From the NCBI GenBank assembly GCA_964016885.1, contig OZ024742.1, positions 342,674,001-342,738,000 of the forward strand: DNA of 64,000 nucleotides. Reading direction: 5' to 3'. This stretch comes from Eledone cirrhosa. Its lineage: Eukaryota. Below the pieces are notes generated by a model. That model did not search any database and was not told the origin of the DNA. It saw nothing but the letters and a program-made list of their open reading frames with translations. The position numbers and the translations under genes are program-made. This document shows positions 27,200-42,800 of this stretch, piece after piece (the stretch's first letter is position 1; each line of letters starts with the position of its first letter).

Positions 27200-30100
27200 G
27201 TATGAAGTATGTGATCTCCAGTGGTATGAAGTATGTGATCTCCAGTGGTATGAAGTATGTGATCTCCAGTGGTATGAAGTATGTGATCTCCAGTGGTATG
27301 AAGTATGTAATCTACAGTGGTATGAAGTATGTGATCTCCAGTGGTATGAAGTATGTGATCTCCTGTGGTATGAAATATGTCAGCTCCAGTGGTATGAAGT
27401 ATGTGATCTCCAGTGGTATGAAGTATGTGATCTCCAGTGGTATGAAATATGTCATATCCTGTGGTATGAAGTATGTGATCTCCAGTGGTATGAAGTATGT
27501 CAGCTCCAGTGGTATGAAGTATGTGATCTCCAGTGGTATGAAGTATGTGATCTCCAGTGGTATGAAATATAGTGATCTACAGTGGTATGAAGTATGTTAG
27601 CTCCAGGTGTATGAAGTATGTGATCTACAGTGGTATGAAGTATGTCAGCTCCAGTGCTATGAAGTATGTGATCTCCTGTGGTATGAAGTATGTGATCTAC
27701 AGTGGAATGAAGTATGTGATCTACAGTGGTATGAAGTATGTGATCTACAGTGGTATGAAGTATGTGATCTACAGTGGTATGAAGTATGTGATCTACAGTG
27801 GTATGAAGTATGTCAGCTCCAGTGGTATGAAGTATGTGATCTACAGTGGTATGAAGTATGTCAGCTCCAGTGGTATGAAGTATGTGATCTGCAGTGGTAT
27901 GAAGTATGTGATATTCAGTGGTATGAAGTATGTGATCTCCATTGGTATGAAGTATGTGATCTACAGTGGTATGAAGTATGTGATCTACAGTGGTATGAAG
28001 TATGTGATCTACAGTGGTATGAAGTATGTGATCTACAGTGGTATGAAGTATGTGATCTACAGTGGTATGAAGTATGTCAGCTCCAGTGGTATGAAGTATG
28101 TGATCTACAGTGGTATGAAGTATGTGAACTACAGTGGTATGAAGTATGTGATCTACAGTGGTATGAAGTATGTCAGCTCCAGTGGTATGAAGTATGTGAT
28201 CTACAGTGGTATGAAGTATGTGATCTACAGTGGTATGAATATGTGATCTACAGTGGTATGAAGTATGTGATCTCCAGTAGTATGAAGTATGTGATCTACA
28301 GTGGTATGAAGTATGTGATCTACAGTGGTATGAAGTATGTGATCTACAGTGGTATGAAATTTGTGATCTACAGTGGTATGAAGTATGTGATCTACAGTGG
28401 TATGAAGTATGTGATCTAGAGTGGTATGAAGTATGTCAGCTCCAGTGGTATGAAGTATGCGATCTACAGTGGTATGAAGTATGTGATCCACAGTGGTATG
28501 AAGTATGTGATATACTGTGGTATGAAGTATGTGATCTCCAGTGGTATGATGTATGTGATATCCTGTGGTATGAAGTATGTGATATCCTGTGGTATGAAGT
28601 ATGTGATCTACAGTGGTATGAAGTATGTGATATCCTGTGGTATGAAGTATGTGATCTCCAGTGGTATGAAGTATGTGATCTCCTGTGGTATGAAGTATGT
28701 GATCTCCAGTGGTATGAAGTATGTGATCTACAGTGGTATGAAGTATGTGATATCCTGTGGTATGAAGTATGTGACCTCCAGTGGAATGAAGTATGTGATA
28801 TCCTGTGGTATGAAGTATGTGATATCCTGTGGTATGAAGTATGTGATCTACAGTGGTATGATGTATGTAATCTCCAGTGGTATGAAGTATGTGATCTACA
28901 GTGGTATGAAGTATGTAATCTCCAGTGGTATGAAGTATGTGATCTCCAGTGGTATGAAGTATGTGATCTCCAGTGGTATGAAGTATGTGATCTCCAGTGG
29001 TATGATGTATGTGAACTCCAGTGGTATGAAGTATGTAATCTCCAGTGGTATGAAGTATGTGATTGTGGTATGAAGTATGTGATCTCCAGTAGTATGAGGT
29101 ATTTCAGCTCAAGTGGTATGAAGTATGTCAGCTCCAGTGGTATGAAGTATGTGATCTACAGTGGTATGAAGTATGTGATCTCCAGTTGTATGAAGTATGT
29201 GATCTCCTGTGGTATGAAGTATGTGATCTACAGTGGTATGAAGTATGTGATATCCTGTGGTATGAAGTATGTGATCTCCAGTGGTATGAAGTATGTCAGC
29301 TCCAGTGGTATGAAGTATGTGATCTCCTGTGGTATGAAGTATGTGATATCCAGTGGTATGAAGTATGTGACCTCCAGTGGTATGAAGTATGTCATCTCCA
29401 GTGGTATGAAGTATGTGATCTCCAGTGGTATGAAGTATGTGATCTCCAGTGGTATGAAGTATGTGATATCCAGTGGTATGAAGTATGTGATCTACAGTGG
29501 TATGAAGTATGTGATCTCCAGTGGTATGAAGTATGTGATACCAGTGGTATGTAGTATGTGATCTACAGTGGTATGAAGTATGTCAGCTCCAGTGGTATGA
29601 AGTATGTGATCTCCTGTGGTATGAAGTATGTGATCTACAGTGGTATGAAGTATGTGATCTCCAGTGGTATGAAGTATGTGATCTACAGTGGAATGAAGTA
29701 TGTAATCTCCAGTGGTATGAAGTATGTGATCTACAGTGGTATGAAGTATGTGATCTCCAGTGGTATGAAGTATGTTATCTACAGTGGTATGAAGTATGTA
29801 ATCTCCAGTGGTATGAAGTATGTGATCTACAGTGGTATGAAGTATGTGATCTCCAGTGGTATGAAGTATGTTATCTACAGTGGTATGAAGTATGTAATCT
29901 CCAGTGGTATGAAGTATGTGATCTCCAGTTCTATTAAGTATGTGATCTCCAGTGGTATGAAGTATGTCAGCTCCAGTGGTATGAAGTATGTGATCTCCTG
30001 TGGTATGAAGTATGTGATCTACAGTGGTATGAAGTATGTGATCTCCAGTGGTATGAAGTATGTGATCTACAGTGGTATGAAGTATGTTATCTACAGTGGT

Positions 30101-33100
30101 ATGAAGTATGTGATCTCCAGTGGTATGAAGTATGTTAGCTCCAGTGGTATGAAGTGTGTGATCTACAGTGGTATGAAGTATGTGATCTCCAGTGGTATGA
30201 AGTATGTGATCTACAGTGGTATGAAGTATGTGATTTACAGTGGTATGAAGTATGTGATCTACAGTGGTATGAAGTATGTGATCTCCTGTGGTATGAAGTA
30301 TGTGATCTACAGTGGTATGAAGTATGTGATCTCCAGTGGTCTGAAGTATGTGATCTACAGTGGTATGAAGTATGTGATGTCCTGTGGTATGAAGTATGTG
30401 ATCTCCAGTGGTATGAAGTATGTCAGCTCCAGTGGTATGAAGTATGTGATCTCCTGTGGTATGAGGTATGTGATCTACAGTGGTATGAAGTATGTGATCT
30501 CCAGTGGTATGAAGTATGTGATCTACAGTGGTATGAAGTATGTGATATCCTGTGGTATGAAGTATGTGATCTCCTGTGGTATGAGGTATGTCAGCTCCAG
30601 TGGTATGAAGTATGTGATCTCCAGTGGTATGAAGTATGTGATCTACAGTGGTATGAAGTATGTGATATCCTGTGGTATGAAGTATGTGATCTGCAGTGGT
30701 ATGAAGTATGTCAGCTCCAGTGGTATGAAGTATGTGATCTCCAGTGGTATGAAGTATGCGATCTACAGTGGTATGAAGTATGTGATCTCCTGTGGTATGA
30801 AGTATGTGATCTAAAGTGGTATGAAGTATGTTAGCTCCTGTGGTATGAAGTATGTGATCTCCAGTGGTATGAAGTATGTGATCTAAAGTGGTATGAAGTA
30901 TGTGATCTACAGTGGTATGAAGTATGTAATCTCCAGTGGTATGAAGTATGTGATCTACAGTGGTATGAAGTATGTGATCTCCAGTGGTATGAAGTATGTC
31001 AGCTCCAGTGGTATGAAGTATGTGATCTCCTGTGGTATGAAGTATGTGATCTACAGTGGTATGAAGTATGTTAGCTCCTGTGGTATGAAGTATGTGATGT
31101 CCAGTGGTATGAAGTATGTGATCTACAGTGGTATGAAGTATGTAATCTCCTGTGGTATGAAGTATGTGATCTACAGTGGTATGAAGTATGTGATCTACAG
31201 TGGTATGAAGTATGTGATTTACAGTGGTATGACGTATGTGATCTACAGTGGTATGAAGTATGTGATCTCCTGTGGTATTTAGTATGTGATCTACAGTGGT
31301 ATGAAGTATGTGATCTCCAGTGGTATGAAGTATGTGATCTACAGTGGTATGAAGTATGTGATATCCTGTGGTATGAAGTATGTGATCTACAGTGGTATGA
31401 AGTATGTCATCTCCAGTGGTATGAAGTATGTGATCTCCTGTGGTATGAAGTATGTGATATACAGTGGTATGAAGTATGTGATCTCCAGTGGTATGAAGTA
31501 TGTGATCTACAGTGGTATGAAGTATGTGATATCCTGTGGTATGAAGTATGTGAACTCCAGTGGTATGAAGTATGTAATCTCCAGTGGTATGAAGTATGTG
31601 ATTGTGGTATGAAGTATGTGATCTCCAGTAGTATGAAGTATTTCAGCTCCAGTGGTATGAACTATGTCAGCTCCAGTGGTATGAAGTATGTGATCTACAG
31701 TGGTATGAAGTATGTGATCTCCAGTGGTATGAAGTATGTGATCTCCTGTGGTATGAAGTATGTGATCTACAGTGGTATGAAGTATGTGATATCCTGTGGT
31801 ATGAAGTATGTGATCTCCAGTGGTATGAAGTATGTCAGCTCCAGTGGTATGAAGTATGTGATCTCCTGTGGTATGAAGTATGTGATATCCAGTGGTATGA
31901 AGTATGTGATCTCCAGTGGTATGAAGTATGTGATCTCCAGTGGTATGAAGTATGTGATCTCCAGTGGTATGAAGTATGTGATCTCCAGTGGTATGAAGTA
32001 TGTGATATCCAGTGGTATGAAGTATGTGATCTACAGTGGTATGAAGTATGTGATCTCCAGTGGTATGAAGTATGTGATATCCAGTGGTATGAAGTATGTG
32101 ATCTACAGTGGTATGAAGTATGTCAGCTCCAGTGGTATGAAGTATGTGATCTCCTGTGGTATGAAGTATGTGATCTACAGTCGGATAAAGTATGTGATCT
32201 CCAGTGGTATGAAGTATGTGATCTACAGTGGTATGAAGTATGTAATCTCCAGTGGTATGAAGTATGTGATCTACAGTGGTATGAAGTATGTGATCTACAG
32301 TGGTATGAAGTATGTGATCTCCAGTGGTATGAAGTATGTCAGCTCCAGTGGTATGAAGTATGTGATCTCCTGTGGTATGAAGTATGTGATCTACAGTGGT
32401 ATGAAGTATGTGATCTCCAGTGGTATGAAGTATGTGATCTACAGTCGAATGAAGTATGTAATCTCCAGTGGTATGAAGTATGTGATCTCCAGTGGTATGA
32501 AGTATGTGATCTCCAGTGGTATGAAGTATGTGATCTCCAGTGGTATGAAGTATGTGATCTCCAGTGGTATGAAGTATGTAATCTACAGTGGTATGAAGTA
32601 TGTGATCTCCAGTGGTATGAAGTATGTGATCTCCTGTGGTATGAAATATGTCAGCTCCAGTGGTATGAAGTATGTGATCTCCAGTGGTATGAAGTATGTG
32701 ATCTCCAGTGGTATGAAATATGTCATATCCTGTGGTATGAAGTATGTGATCTCCAGTGGTATGAAGTATGTCAGCTCCAGTGGTATGAAGTATGTGATCT
32801 CCAGTGGTATGAAGTATGTGATCTCCAGTGGTATGAAATATAGTGATCTACAGTGGTATGAAGTATGTTAGCTCCAGGTGTATGAAGTATGTGATCTACA
32901 GTGGTATGAAGTATGTCAGCTCCAGTGCTATGAAGTATGTGATCTCCTGTGGTATGAAGTATGTGATCTACAGTGGAATGAAGTATGTGATCTACAGTGG
33001 TATGAAGTATGTGATCTACAGTGGTATGAAGTATGTGATCTACAGTGGTATGAAGTATGTGATCTACAGTGGTATGAAGTATGTCAGCTCCAGTGGTATG

Positions 33101-36100
33101 AAGTATGTGATCTACAGTGGTATGAAGTATGTCAGCTCCAGTGGTATGAAGTATGTGATCTGCAGTGGTATGAAGTATGTGATATTCAGTGGTATGAAGT
33201 ATGTGATCTCCATTGGTATGAAGTATGTGATCTACAGTGGTATGAAGTATGTGATCTACAGTGGTATGAAGTATGTGATCTACAGTGGTATGAAGTATGT
33301 GAACTACAGTGGTATGAAGTATGTGATCTACAGTGGTATGAAGTATGTCAGCTCCAGTGGTATGAAGTATGTGATCTACAGTGGTATGAAGTATGTGATC
33401 TACAGTGGTATGAATATGTGATCTACAGTGGTATGAAGTATGTGATCTCCAGTAGTATGAAGTATGTGATCTACAGTGGTATGAAGTATGTGATCTACAG
33501 TGGTATGAAGTATGTGATCTACAGTGGTATGAAATGTGTGATCTACAGTGGTATGAAGTATGTGATCTACAGTGGTATGAAGTATGTGATCTAGAGTGGT
33601 ATGAAGTATGTCAGCTCCAGTGGTATGAAGTATGCGATCTACAGTGGTATGAAGTATGTGATCCACAGTGGTATGAAGTATGTGATATACTGTGGTATGA
33701 AGTATGTGATCTCCAGTGGTATGATGTATGTGATATCCTGTGGTATGAAGTATGTGATATCCTGTGGTATGAAGTATGTGATCTACAGTGGTATGAAGTA
33801 TGTGATATCCTGTGGTATGAAGTATGTGATCTCCAGTGGTATGAAGTATGTGATCTCCTGTGGTATGAAGTATGTGATCTCCAGTGGTATGAAGTATGTG
33901 ATCTACAGTGGTATGAAGTATGTGATATCCTGTGGTATGAAGTATGTGACCTCCAGTGGAATGAAGTATGTGACATCCTGTGGTATGAAGTATGTGATAT
34001 CCTGTGGTATGAAGTATGTGATCTACAGTGGTATGATGTATGTAATCTCCAGTGGTATGAAGTATGTGATCTACAGTGGTATGAAGTATGTAATCTCCAG
34101 TGGTATGAAGTATGTGATCTCCAGTGGTATGAAGTATGTGATCTCCAGTGGTATGAAGTATGTGATCTCCAGTGGTATGATGTATGTGAACTCCAGTGGT
34201 ATGAAGTATGTAATCTCCAGTGGTATGAAGTATGTGATTGTGGTATGAAGTATGTGATCTCCAGTAGTATGAGGTATTTCAGCTCAAGTGGTATGAAGTA
34301 TGTCAGCTCCAGTGGTATGAAGTATGTGATCTACAGTGGTATGAAGTATGTGATCTCCAGTTGTATGAAGTATGTGATCTCCTGTGGTATGAAGTATGTG
34401 ATCTACAGTGGTATGAAGTATGTGATATCCTGTGGTATGAAGTATGTGATCTCCAGTGGTATGAAGTATGTCAGCTCCAGTGGTATGAAGTATGTGATCT
34501 CCTGTGGTATGAAGTATGTGATATCCAGTGGTATGAAGTATGTGACCTCCAGTGGTATGAAGTATGTCATCTCCAGTGGTATGAAGTATGTGATCTCCAG
34601 TGGTATGAAGTATGTGATCTCCAGTGGTATGAAGTATGTGATATCCAGTGGTATGAAGTATGTGATCTACAGTGGTATGAAGTATGTGATCTCCAGTGGT
34701 ATGAAGTATGTGATACCAGTGGTATGTAGTATGTGATCTACAGTGGTATGAAGTATGTCAGCTCCAGTGGTATGAAGTATGTCATCTTCTGTGGTATGAA
34801 GTATGTGATCTACAGTGGTATGAAGTATGTGATCTCCAGTGGTATGAAGTATGTGATCTACAGTGGAATGAAGTATGTAATCTCCAGTGGTATGAAGTAT
34901 GTGATCTACAGTGGTATGAAGTATGTGATCTCCAGTGGTATGAAGTATGTTATCTACAGTGGTATGAAGTATGTAATCTCCAGTGGTATGAAGTATGTGA
35001 TCTCCAGTTCTATTAAGTATGTGATCTCCAGTGGTATGAAGTATGTCAGCTCCAGTGGTATGAAGTATGTGATCTCCTGTGGTATGAAGTATGTGATCTA
35101 CAGTGGTATGAAGTATGTGATCTCCAGTGGTATGAAGTATGTGATCTACAGTGGTATGAAGTATGTTATCTACAGTGGTATGAAGTATGTGATCTCCAGT
35201 GGTATGAAGTATGTTAGCTCCAGTGGTATGAAGTGTGTGATCTACAGTGGTATGAAGTATGTGATCTCCAGTGGTATGAAGTATGTGATCTACAGTGGTA
35301 TGAAGTATGTGATTTACAGTGGTATGAAGTATGTGATCTACAGTGGTATGAAGTATGTGATCTCCTGTGGTATGAAGTATGTGATCTACAGTGGTATGAA
35401 GTATGTGATCTCCAGTGGTCTGAAGTATGTGATCTACAGTGGTATGAAGTATGTGATATCCTGTGGTATGAAGTATGTGATCTCCAGTGGTATGAAGTAT
35501 GTCAGCTCCAGTGGTATGAAGTATGTGATCTCCTGTGGTATGAGGTATGTGATCTACAGTGGTATGAAGTATGTGATCTCCAGTGGTATGAAGTATGTGA
35601 TCTACAGTGGTATGAAGTATGTGATATCCTGTGGTATGAAGTATGTGATCTCCTGTGGTATGAGGTATGTCAGCTCCAGTGGTATGAAGTATGTGATCTC
35701 CAGTGGTATGAAGTATGTGATCTACAGTGGTATGAAGTATGTAATATCCTGTGGTATGAAGTATGTGATCTGCAGTGGTATGAAGTATGTCAGCTCCAGT
35801 GGTATGAAGTATGTGATCTCCAGTGGTATGAAGTATGCGATCTACAGTGGTATGAAGTATGTGATCTCCTGTGGTATGAAGTATGTGATCTAAAGTGGTA
35901 TGAAGTATGTTAGCTCCTGTGGTATGAAGTATGTGATCTCCAGTGGTATGAAGTATGTGATCTAAAGTGGTATGAAGTATGTGATCTACAGTGGTATGAA
36001 GTATGTAATCTCCAGTGGTATGAAGTATGTGATCTACAGTGGTATGAAGTATGTGATCTCCAGTGGTATGAAGTATGTCAGCTCCAGTGGTATGAAGTAT

Positions 36101-36840
36101 GTGATCTCCTGTGGTATGAAGTATGTGATCTACAGTGGTATGAAGTATGTTAGCTCCTGTGGTATGAAGTATGTGATCTCCAGTGGTATGAAGTATGTGA
36201 TCTACAGTGGTATGAAGTATGTAATCTCCTGTGGTATGAAGTATGTGATCTACAGTGGTATGAAGTATGTGATCTACAGTGGTATGAAGTATGTGATTTA
36301 CAGTGGTATGACGTATGTGATCTACAGTGGTATGAAGTATGTGATCTCCTGTGGTATGAAGTATGTGATCTACAGTGGTATGAAGTATGTGATCTCCAGT
36401 GGTATGAAGTATGTGATCTACAGTGGTATGAAGTATGTGATATCCTGTGGTATGAAGTATGTGATCTACAGTGGTATGAAGTATGTCATCTCCAGTGGTA
36501 TGAAGTATGTGATCTCCTGTGGTATGAAGTATGTGATATACAGTGGTATGAAGTATGTGATCTCCAGTGGTATGAAGTATGTGATCTACAGTGGTATGAA
36601 GTATGTGATATCCTGTGGTATGAAGTATGTGAACTCCAGTGGTATGAAGTATGTAATCTCCAGTGGTATGAAGTATGTGATTGTGGTATGAAGTATGTGA
36701 TCTCCAGTAGTATGAAGTATTTCAGCTCCAGTGGTATGAACTATGTCAGCTCCAGTGGTATGAAGTATGTGATCTACAGTGGTATGAAGTATGTGATCTC
36801 CAGTGGTATGAAGTATGTGATCTCCTGTGGTATGAAGTAT
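27200..36840 (+). repeat. Tandem higher-order duplication with about 5.1-5.3 kb period
   Basis: The +1 insertion AAATATAGTG occurs at ~27566 and ~32837, ATGAATATG (-1) at 28235 and 33410, TCTAGA at 28415 and 33590, and AGTTCTATTAAG at 29927 and 35006. Confidence 0.9.
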
Positions 36841-39800
36841 GTGATCTCCAGTGGTATGAAGTATGTCAGCTCCAGTGGTATGAAGTATGTGATCTCCTGT
36901 GGTATGAAGTATGTGATCTACAGTGGTATGAAGTATGTGATCTCCAGTGGTATGAAGTATGTGATCTACAGTGGTATGAAGTATGTTATCTACAGTGGTA
37001 TGAAGTATGTGATCTCCAGTGGTATGAAGTATGTTAGCTCCAGTGGTATGAAGTGTGTGATCTACAGTGGTATGAAGTATGTGATCTCCAGTGGTATGAA
37101 GTATGTGATCTACAGTGGTATGAAGTATGTGATTTACAGTGGTATGAAGTATGTGATCTACAGTGGTATGAAGTATGTGATCTCCTGTGGTATGAAGTAT
37201 GTGATCTACAGTGGTATGAAGTATGTGATCTCCAGTGGTCTGAAGTATGTGATCTACAGTGGTATGAAGTATGTGATGTCCTGTGGTATGAAGTATGTGA
37301 TCTCCAGTGGTATGAAGTATGTCAGCTCCAGTGGTATGAAGTATGTGATCTCCTGTGGTATGAGGTATGTGATCTACAGTGGTATGAAGTATGTGATCTC
37401 CAGTGGTATGAAGTATGTGATCTACAGTGGTATGAAGTATGTGATATCCTGTGGTATGAAGTATGTGATCTCCTGTGGTATGAGGTATGTCAGCTCCAGT
37501 GGTATGAAGTATGTGATCTCCAGTGGTATGAAGTATGTGATCTACAGTGGTATGAAGTATGTGATATCCTGTGGTATGAAGTATGTGATCTGCAGTGGTA
37601 TGAAGTATGTCAGCTCCAGTGGTATGAAGTATGTGATCTCCAGTGGTATGAAGTATGCGATCTACAGTGGTATGAAGTATGTGATCTCCTGTGGTATGAA
37701 GTATGTGATCTAAAGTGGTATGAAGTATGTTAGCTCCTGTGGTATGAAGTATGTGATCTCCAGTGGTATGAAGTATGTGATCTAAAGTGGTATGAAGTAT
37801 GTGATCTACAGTGGTATGAAGTATGTAATCTCCAGTGGTATGAAGTATGTGATCTACAGTGGTATGAAGTATGTGATCTCCAGTGGTATGAAGTATGTCA
37901 GCTCCAGTGGTATGAAGTATGTGATCTCCTGTGGTATGAAGTATGTGATCTACAGTGGTATGAAGTATGTTAGCTCCTGTGGTATGAAGTATGTGATCTC
38001 CAGTGGTATGAAGTATGTGATCTACAGTGGTATGAAGTATGTAATCTCCTGTGGTATGAAGTATGTGATCTACAGTGGTATGAAGTATGTGATCTACAGT
38101 GGTATGAAGTATGTGATTTACAGTGGTATGACGTATGTGATCTACAGTGGTATGAAGTATGTGATCTCCTGTGGTATTTAGTATGTGATCTACAGTGGTA
38201 TGAAGTATGTGATCTCCAGTGGTATGAAGTATGTGATCTACAGTGGTATGAAGTATGTGATATCCTGTGGTATGAAGTATGTGATCTACAGTGGTATGAA
38301 GTATGTCATCTCCAGTGGTATGAAGTATGTGATCTCCTGTGGTATGAAGTATGTGATATACAGTGGTATGAAGTATGTGATCTCCAGTGGTATGAAGTAT
38401 GTGATCTACAGTGGTATGAAGTATGTGATATCCTGTGGTATGAAGTATGTGAACTCCAGTGGTATGAAGTATGTAATCTCCAGTGGTATGAAGTATGTGA
38501 TTGTGGTATGAAGTATGTGATCTCCAGTAGTATGAAGTATTTCAGCTCCAGTGGTATGAACTATGTCAGCTCCAGTGGTATGAAGTATGTGATCTACAGT
38601 GGTATGAAGTATGTGATCTCCAGTGGTATGAAGTATGTGATCTCCTGTGGTATGAAGTATGTGATCTACAGTGGTATGAAGTATGTGATATCCTGTGGTA
38701 TGAAGTATGTGATCTCCAGTGGTATGAAGTATGTCAGCTCCAGTGGTATGAAGTATGTGATCTCCTGTGGTATGAAGTATGTGATATCCAGTGGTATGAA
38801 GTATGTGATCTCCAGTGGTATGAAGTATGTGATCTCCAGTGGTATGAAGTATGTGATCTCCAGTGGTATGAAGTATGTGATCTCCAGTGGTATGAAGTAT
38901 GTGATATCCAGTGGTATGAAGTATGTGATCTACAGTGGTATGAAGTATGTGATCTCCAGTGGTATGAAGTATGTGATATCCAGTGGTATGAAGTATGTGA
39001 TCTACAGTGGTATGAAGTATGTCAGCTCCAGTGGTATGAAGTATGTGATCTCCTGTGGTATGAAGTATGTGATCTACAGTCGGATAAAGTATGTGATCTC
39101 CAGTGGTATGAAGTATGTGATCTACAGTGGTATGAAGTATGTAATCTCCAGTGGTATGAAGTATGTGATCTACAGTGGTATGAAGTATGTGATCTACAGT
39201 GGTATGAAGTATGTGATCTCCAGTGGTATGAAGTATGTCAGCTCCAGTGGTATGAAGTATGTGATCTCCTGTGGTATGAAGTATGTGATCTACAGTGGTA
39301 TGAAGTATGTGATCTCCAGTGGTATGAAGTATGTGATCTACAGTCGAATGAAGTATGTAATCTCCAGTGGTATGAAGTATGTGATCTCCAGTGGTATGAA
39401 GTATGTGATCTCCAGTGGTATGAAGTATGTGATCTCCAGTGGTATGAAGTATGTGATCTCCAGTGGTATGAAGTATGTAATCTACAGTGGTATGAAGTAT
39501 GTGATCTCCAGTGGTATGAAGTATGTGATCTCCTGTGGTATGAAATATGTCAGCTCCAGTGGTATGAAGTATGTGATCTCCAGTGGTATGAAGTATGTGA
39601 TCTCCAGTGGTATGAAATATGTCATATCCTGTGGTATGAAGTATGTGATCTCCAGTGGTATGAAGTATGTCAGCTCCAGTGGTATGAAGTATGTGATCTC
39701 CAGTGGTATGAAGTATGTGATCTCCAGTGGTATGAAATATAGTGATCTACAGTGGTATGAAGTATGTTAGCTCCAGGTGTATGAAGTATGTGATCTACAG

Positions 39801-42800
39801 TGGTATGAAGTATGTCAGCTCCAGTGCTATGAAGTATGTGATCTCCTGTGGTATGAAGTATGTGATCTACAGTGGAATGAAGTATGTGATCTACAGTGGT
39901 ATGAAGTATGTGATCTACAGTGGTATGAAGTATGTGATCTACAGTGGTATGAAGTATGTGATCTACAGTGGTATGAAGTATGTCAGCTCCAGTGGTATGA
40001 AGTATGTGATCTACAGTGGTATGAAGTATGTCAGCTCCAGTGGTATGAAGTATGTGATCTGCAGTGGTATGAAGTATGTGATATTCAGTGGTATGAAGTA
40101 TGTGATCTCCATTGGTATGAAGTATGTGATCTACAGTGGTATGAAGTATGTGATCTACAGTGGTATGAAGTATGTGATCTACAGTGGTATGAAGTATGTG
40201 ATCTACAGTGGTATGAAGTATGTGATCTACAGTGGTATGAAGTATGTCAGCTCCAGTGGTATGAAGTATGTGATCTACAGTGGTATGAAGTATGTGAACT
40301 ACAGTGGTATGAAGTATGTGATCTACAGTGGTATGAAGTATGTCAGCTCCAGTGGTATGAAGTATGTGATCTACAGTGGTATGAAGTATGTGATCTACAG
40401 TGGTATGAATATGTGATCTACAGTGGTATGAAGTATGTGATCTCCAGTAGTATGAAGTATGTGATCTACAGTGGTATGAAGTATGTGATCTACAGTGGTA
40501 TGAAGTATGTGATCTACAGTGGTATGAAATGTGTGATCTACAGTGGTATGAAGTATGTGATCTACAGTGGTATGAAGTATGTGATCTAGAGTGGTATGAA
40601 GTATGTCAGCTCCAGTGGTATGAAGTATGCGATCTACAGTGGTATGAAGTATGTGATCCACAGTGGTATGAAGTATGTGATATACTGTGGTATGAAGTAT
40701 GTGATCTCCAGTGGTATGATGTATGTGATATCCTGTGGTATGAAGTATGTGATATCCTGTGGTATGAAGTATGTGATCTACAGTGGTATGAAGTATGTGA
40801 TATCCTGTGGTATGAAGTATGTGATCTCCAGTGGTATGAAGTATGTGATCTCCTGTGGTATGAAGTATGTGATCTCCAGTGGTATGAAGTATGTGATCTA
40901 CAGTGGTATGAAGTATGTGATATCCTGTGGTATGAAGTATGTGACCTCCAGTGGAATGAAGTATGTGACATCCTGTGGTATGAAGTATGTGATATCCTGT
41001 GGTATGAAGTATGTGATCTACAGTGGTATGATGTATGTAATCTCCAGTGGTATGAAGTATGTGATCTACAGTGGTATGAAGTATGTAATCTCCAGTGGTA
41101 TGAAGTATGTGATCTCCAGTGGTATGAAGTATGTGATCTCCAGTGGTATGAAGTATGTGATCTCCAGTGGTATGATGTATGTGAACTCCAGTGGTATGAA
41201 GTATGTAATCTCCAGTGGTATGAAGTATGTGATTGTGGTATGAAGTATGTGATCTCCAGTAGTATGAGGTATTTCAGCTCAAGTGGTATGAAGTATGTCA
41301 GCTCCAGTGGTATGAAGTATGTGATCTACAGTGGTATGAAGTATGTGATCTCCAGTTGTATGAAGTATGTGATCTCCTGTGGTATGAAGTATGTGATCTA
41401 CAGTGGTATGAAGTATGTGATATCCTGTGGTATGAAGTATGTGATCTCCAGTGGTATGAAGTATGTCAGCTCCAGTGGTATGAAGTATGTGATCTCCTGT
41501 GGTATGAAGTATGTGATATCCAGTGGTATGAAGTATGTGACCTCCAGTGGTATGAAGTATGTCATCTCCAGTGGTATGAAGTATGTGATCTCCAGTGGTA
41601 TGAAGTATGTGATCTCCAGTGGTATGAAGTATGTGATATCCAGTGGTATGAAGTATGTGATCTACAGTGGTATGAAGTATGTGATCTCCAGTGGTATGAA
41701 GTATGTGATACCAGTGGTATGTAGTATGTGATCTACAGTGGTATGAAGTATGTCAGCTCCAGTGGTATGAAGTATGTCATCTTCTGTGGTATGAAGTATG
41801 TGATCTACAGTGGTATGAAGTATGTGATCTCCAGTGGTATGAAGTATGTGATCTACAGTGGAATGAAGTATGTAATCTCCAGTGGTATGAAGTATGTGAT
41901 CTACAGTGGTATGAAGTATGTGATCTCCAGTGGTATGAAGTATGTTATCTACAGTGGTATGAAGTATGTAATCTCCAGTGGTATGAAGTATGTGATCTCC
42001 AGTTCTATTAAGTATGTGATCTCCAGTGGTATGAAGTATGTCAGCTCCAGTGGTATGAAGTATGTGATCTCCTGTGGTATGAAGTATGTGATCTACAGTG
42101 GTATGAAGTATGTGATCTCCAGTGGTATGAAGTATGTGATCTACAGTGGTATGAAGTATGTTATCTACAGTGGTATGAAGTATGTGATCTCCAGTGGTAT
42201 GAAGTATGTTAGCTCCAGTGGTATGAAGTGTGTGATCTACAGTGGTATGAAGTATGTGATCTCCAGTGGTATGAAGTATGTGATCTACAGTGGTATGAAG
42301 TATGTGATTTACAGTGGTATGAAGTATGTGATCTACAGTGGTATGAAGTATGTGATCTCCTGTGGTATGAAGTATGTGATCTACAGTGGTATGAAGTATG
42401 TGATCTCCAGTGGTCTGAAGTATGTGATCTACAGTGGTATGAAGTATGTGATATCCTGTGGTATGAAGTATGTGATCTCCAGTGGTATGAAGTATGTGAT
42501 CTCCAGTTCTATTAAGTATGTGATCTCCAGTGGTATGAAGTATGTCAGCTCCAGTGGTATGAAGTATGTGATCTCCTGTGGTATGAAGTATGTGATCTAC
42601 AGTGGTATGAAGTATGTGATCTCCAGTGGTATGAAGTATGTGATCTACAGTGGTATGAAGTATGTTATCTACAGTGGTATGAAGTATGTGATCTCCAGTG
42701 GTATGAAGTATGTTAGCTCCAGTGGTATGAAGTGTGTGATCTACAGTGGTATGAAGTATGTGATCTCCAGTGGTATGAAGTATGTGATCTACAGTGGTAT

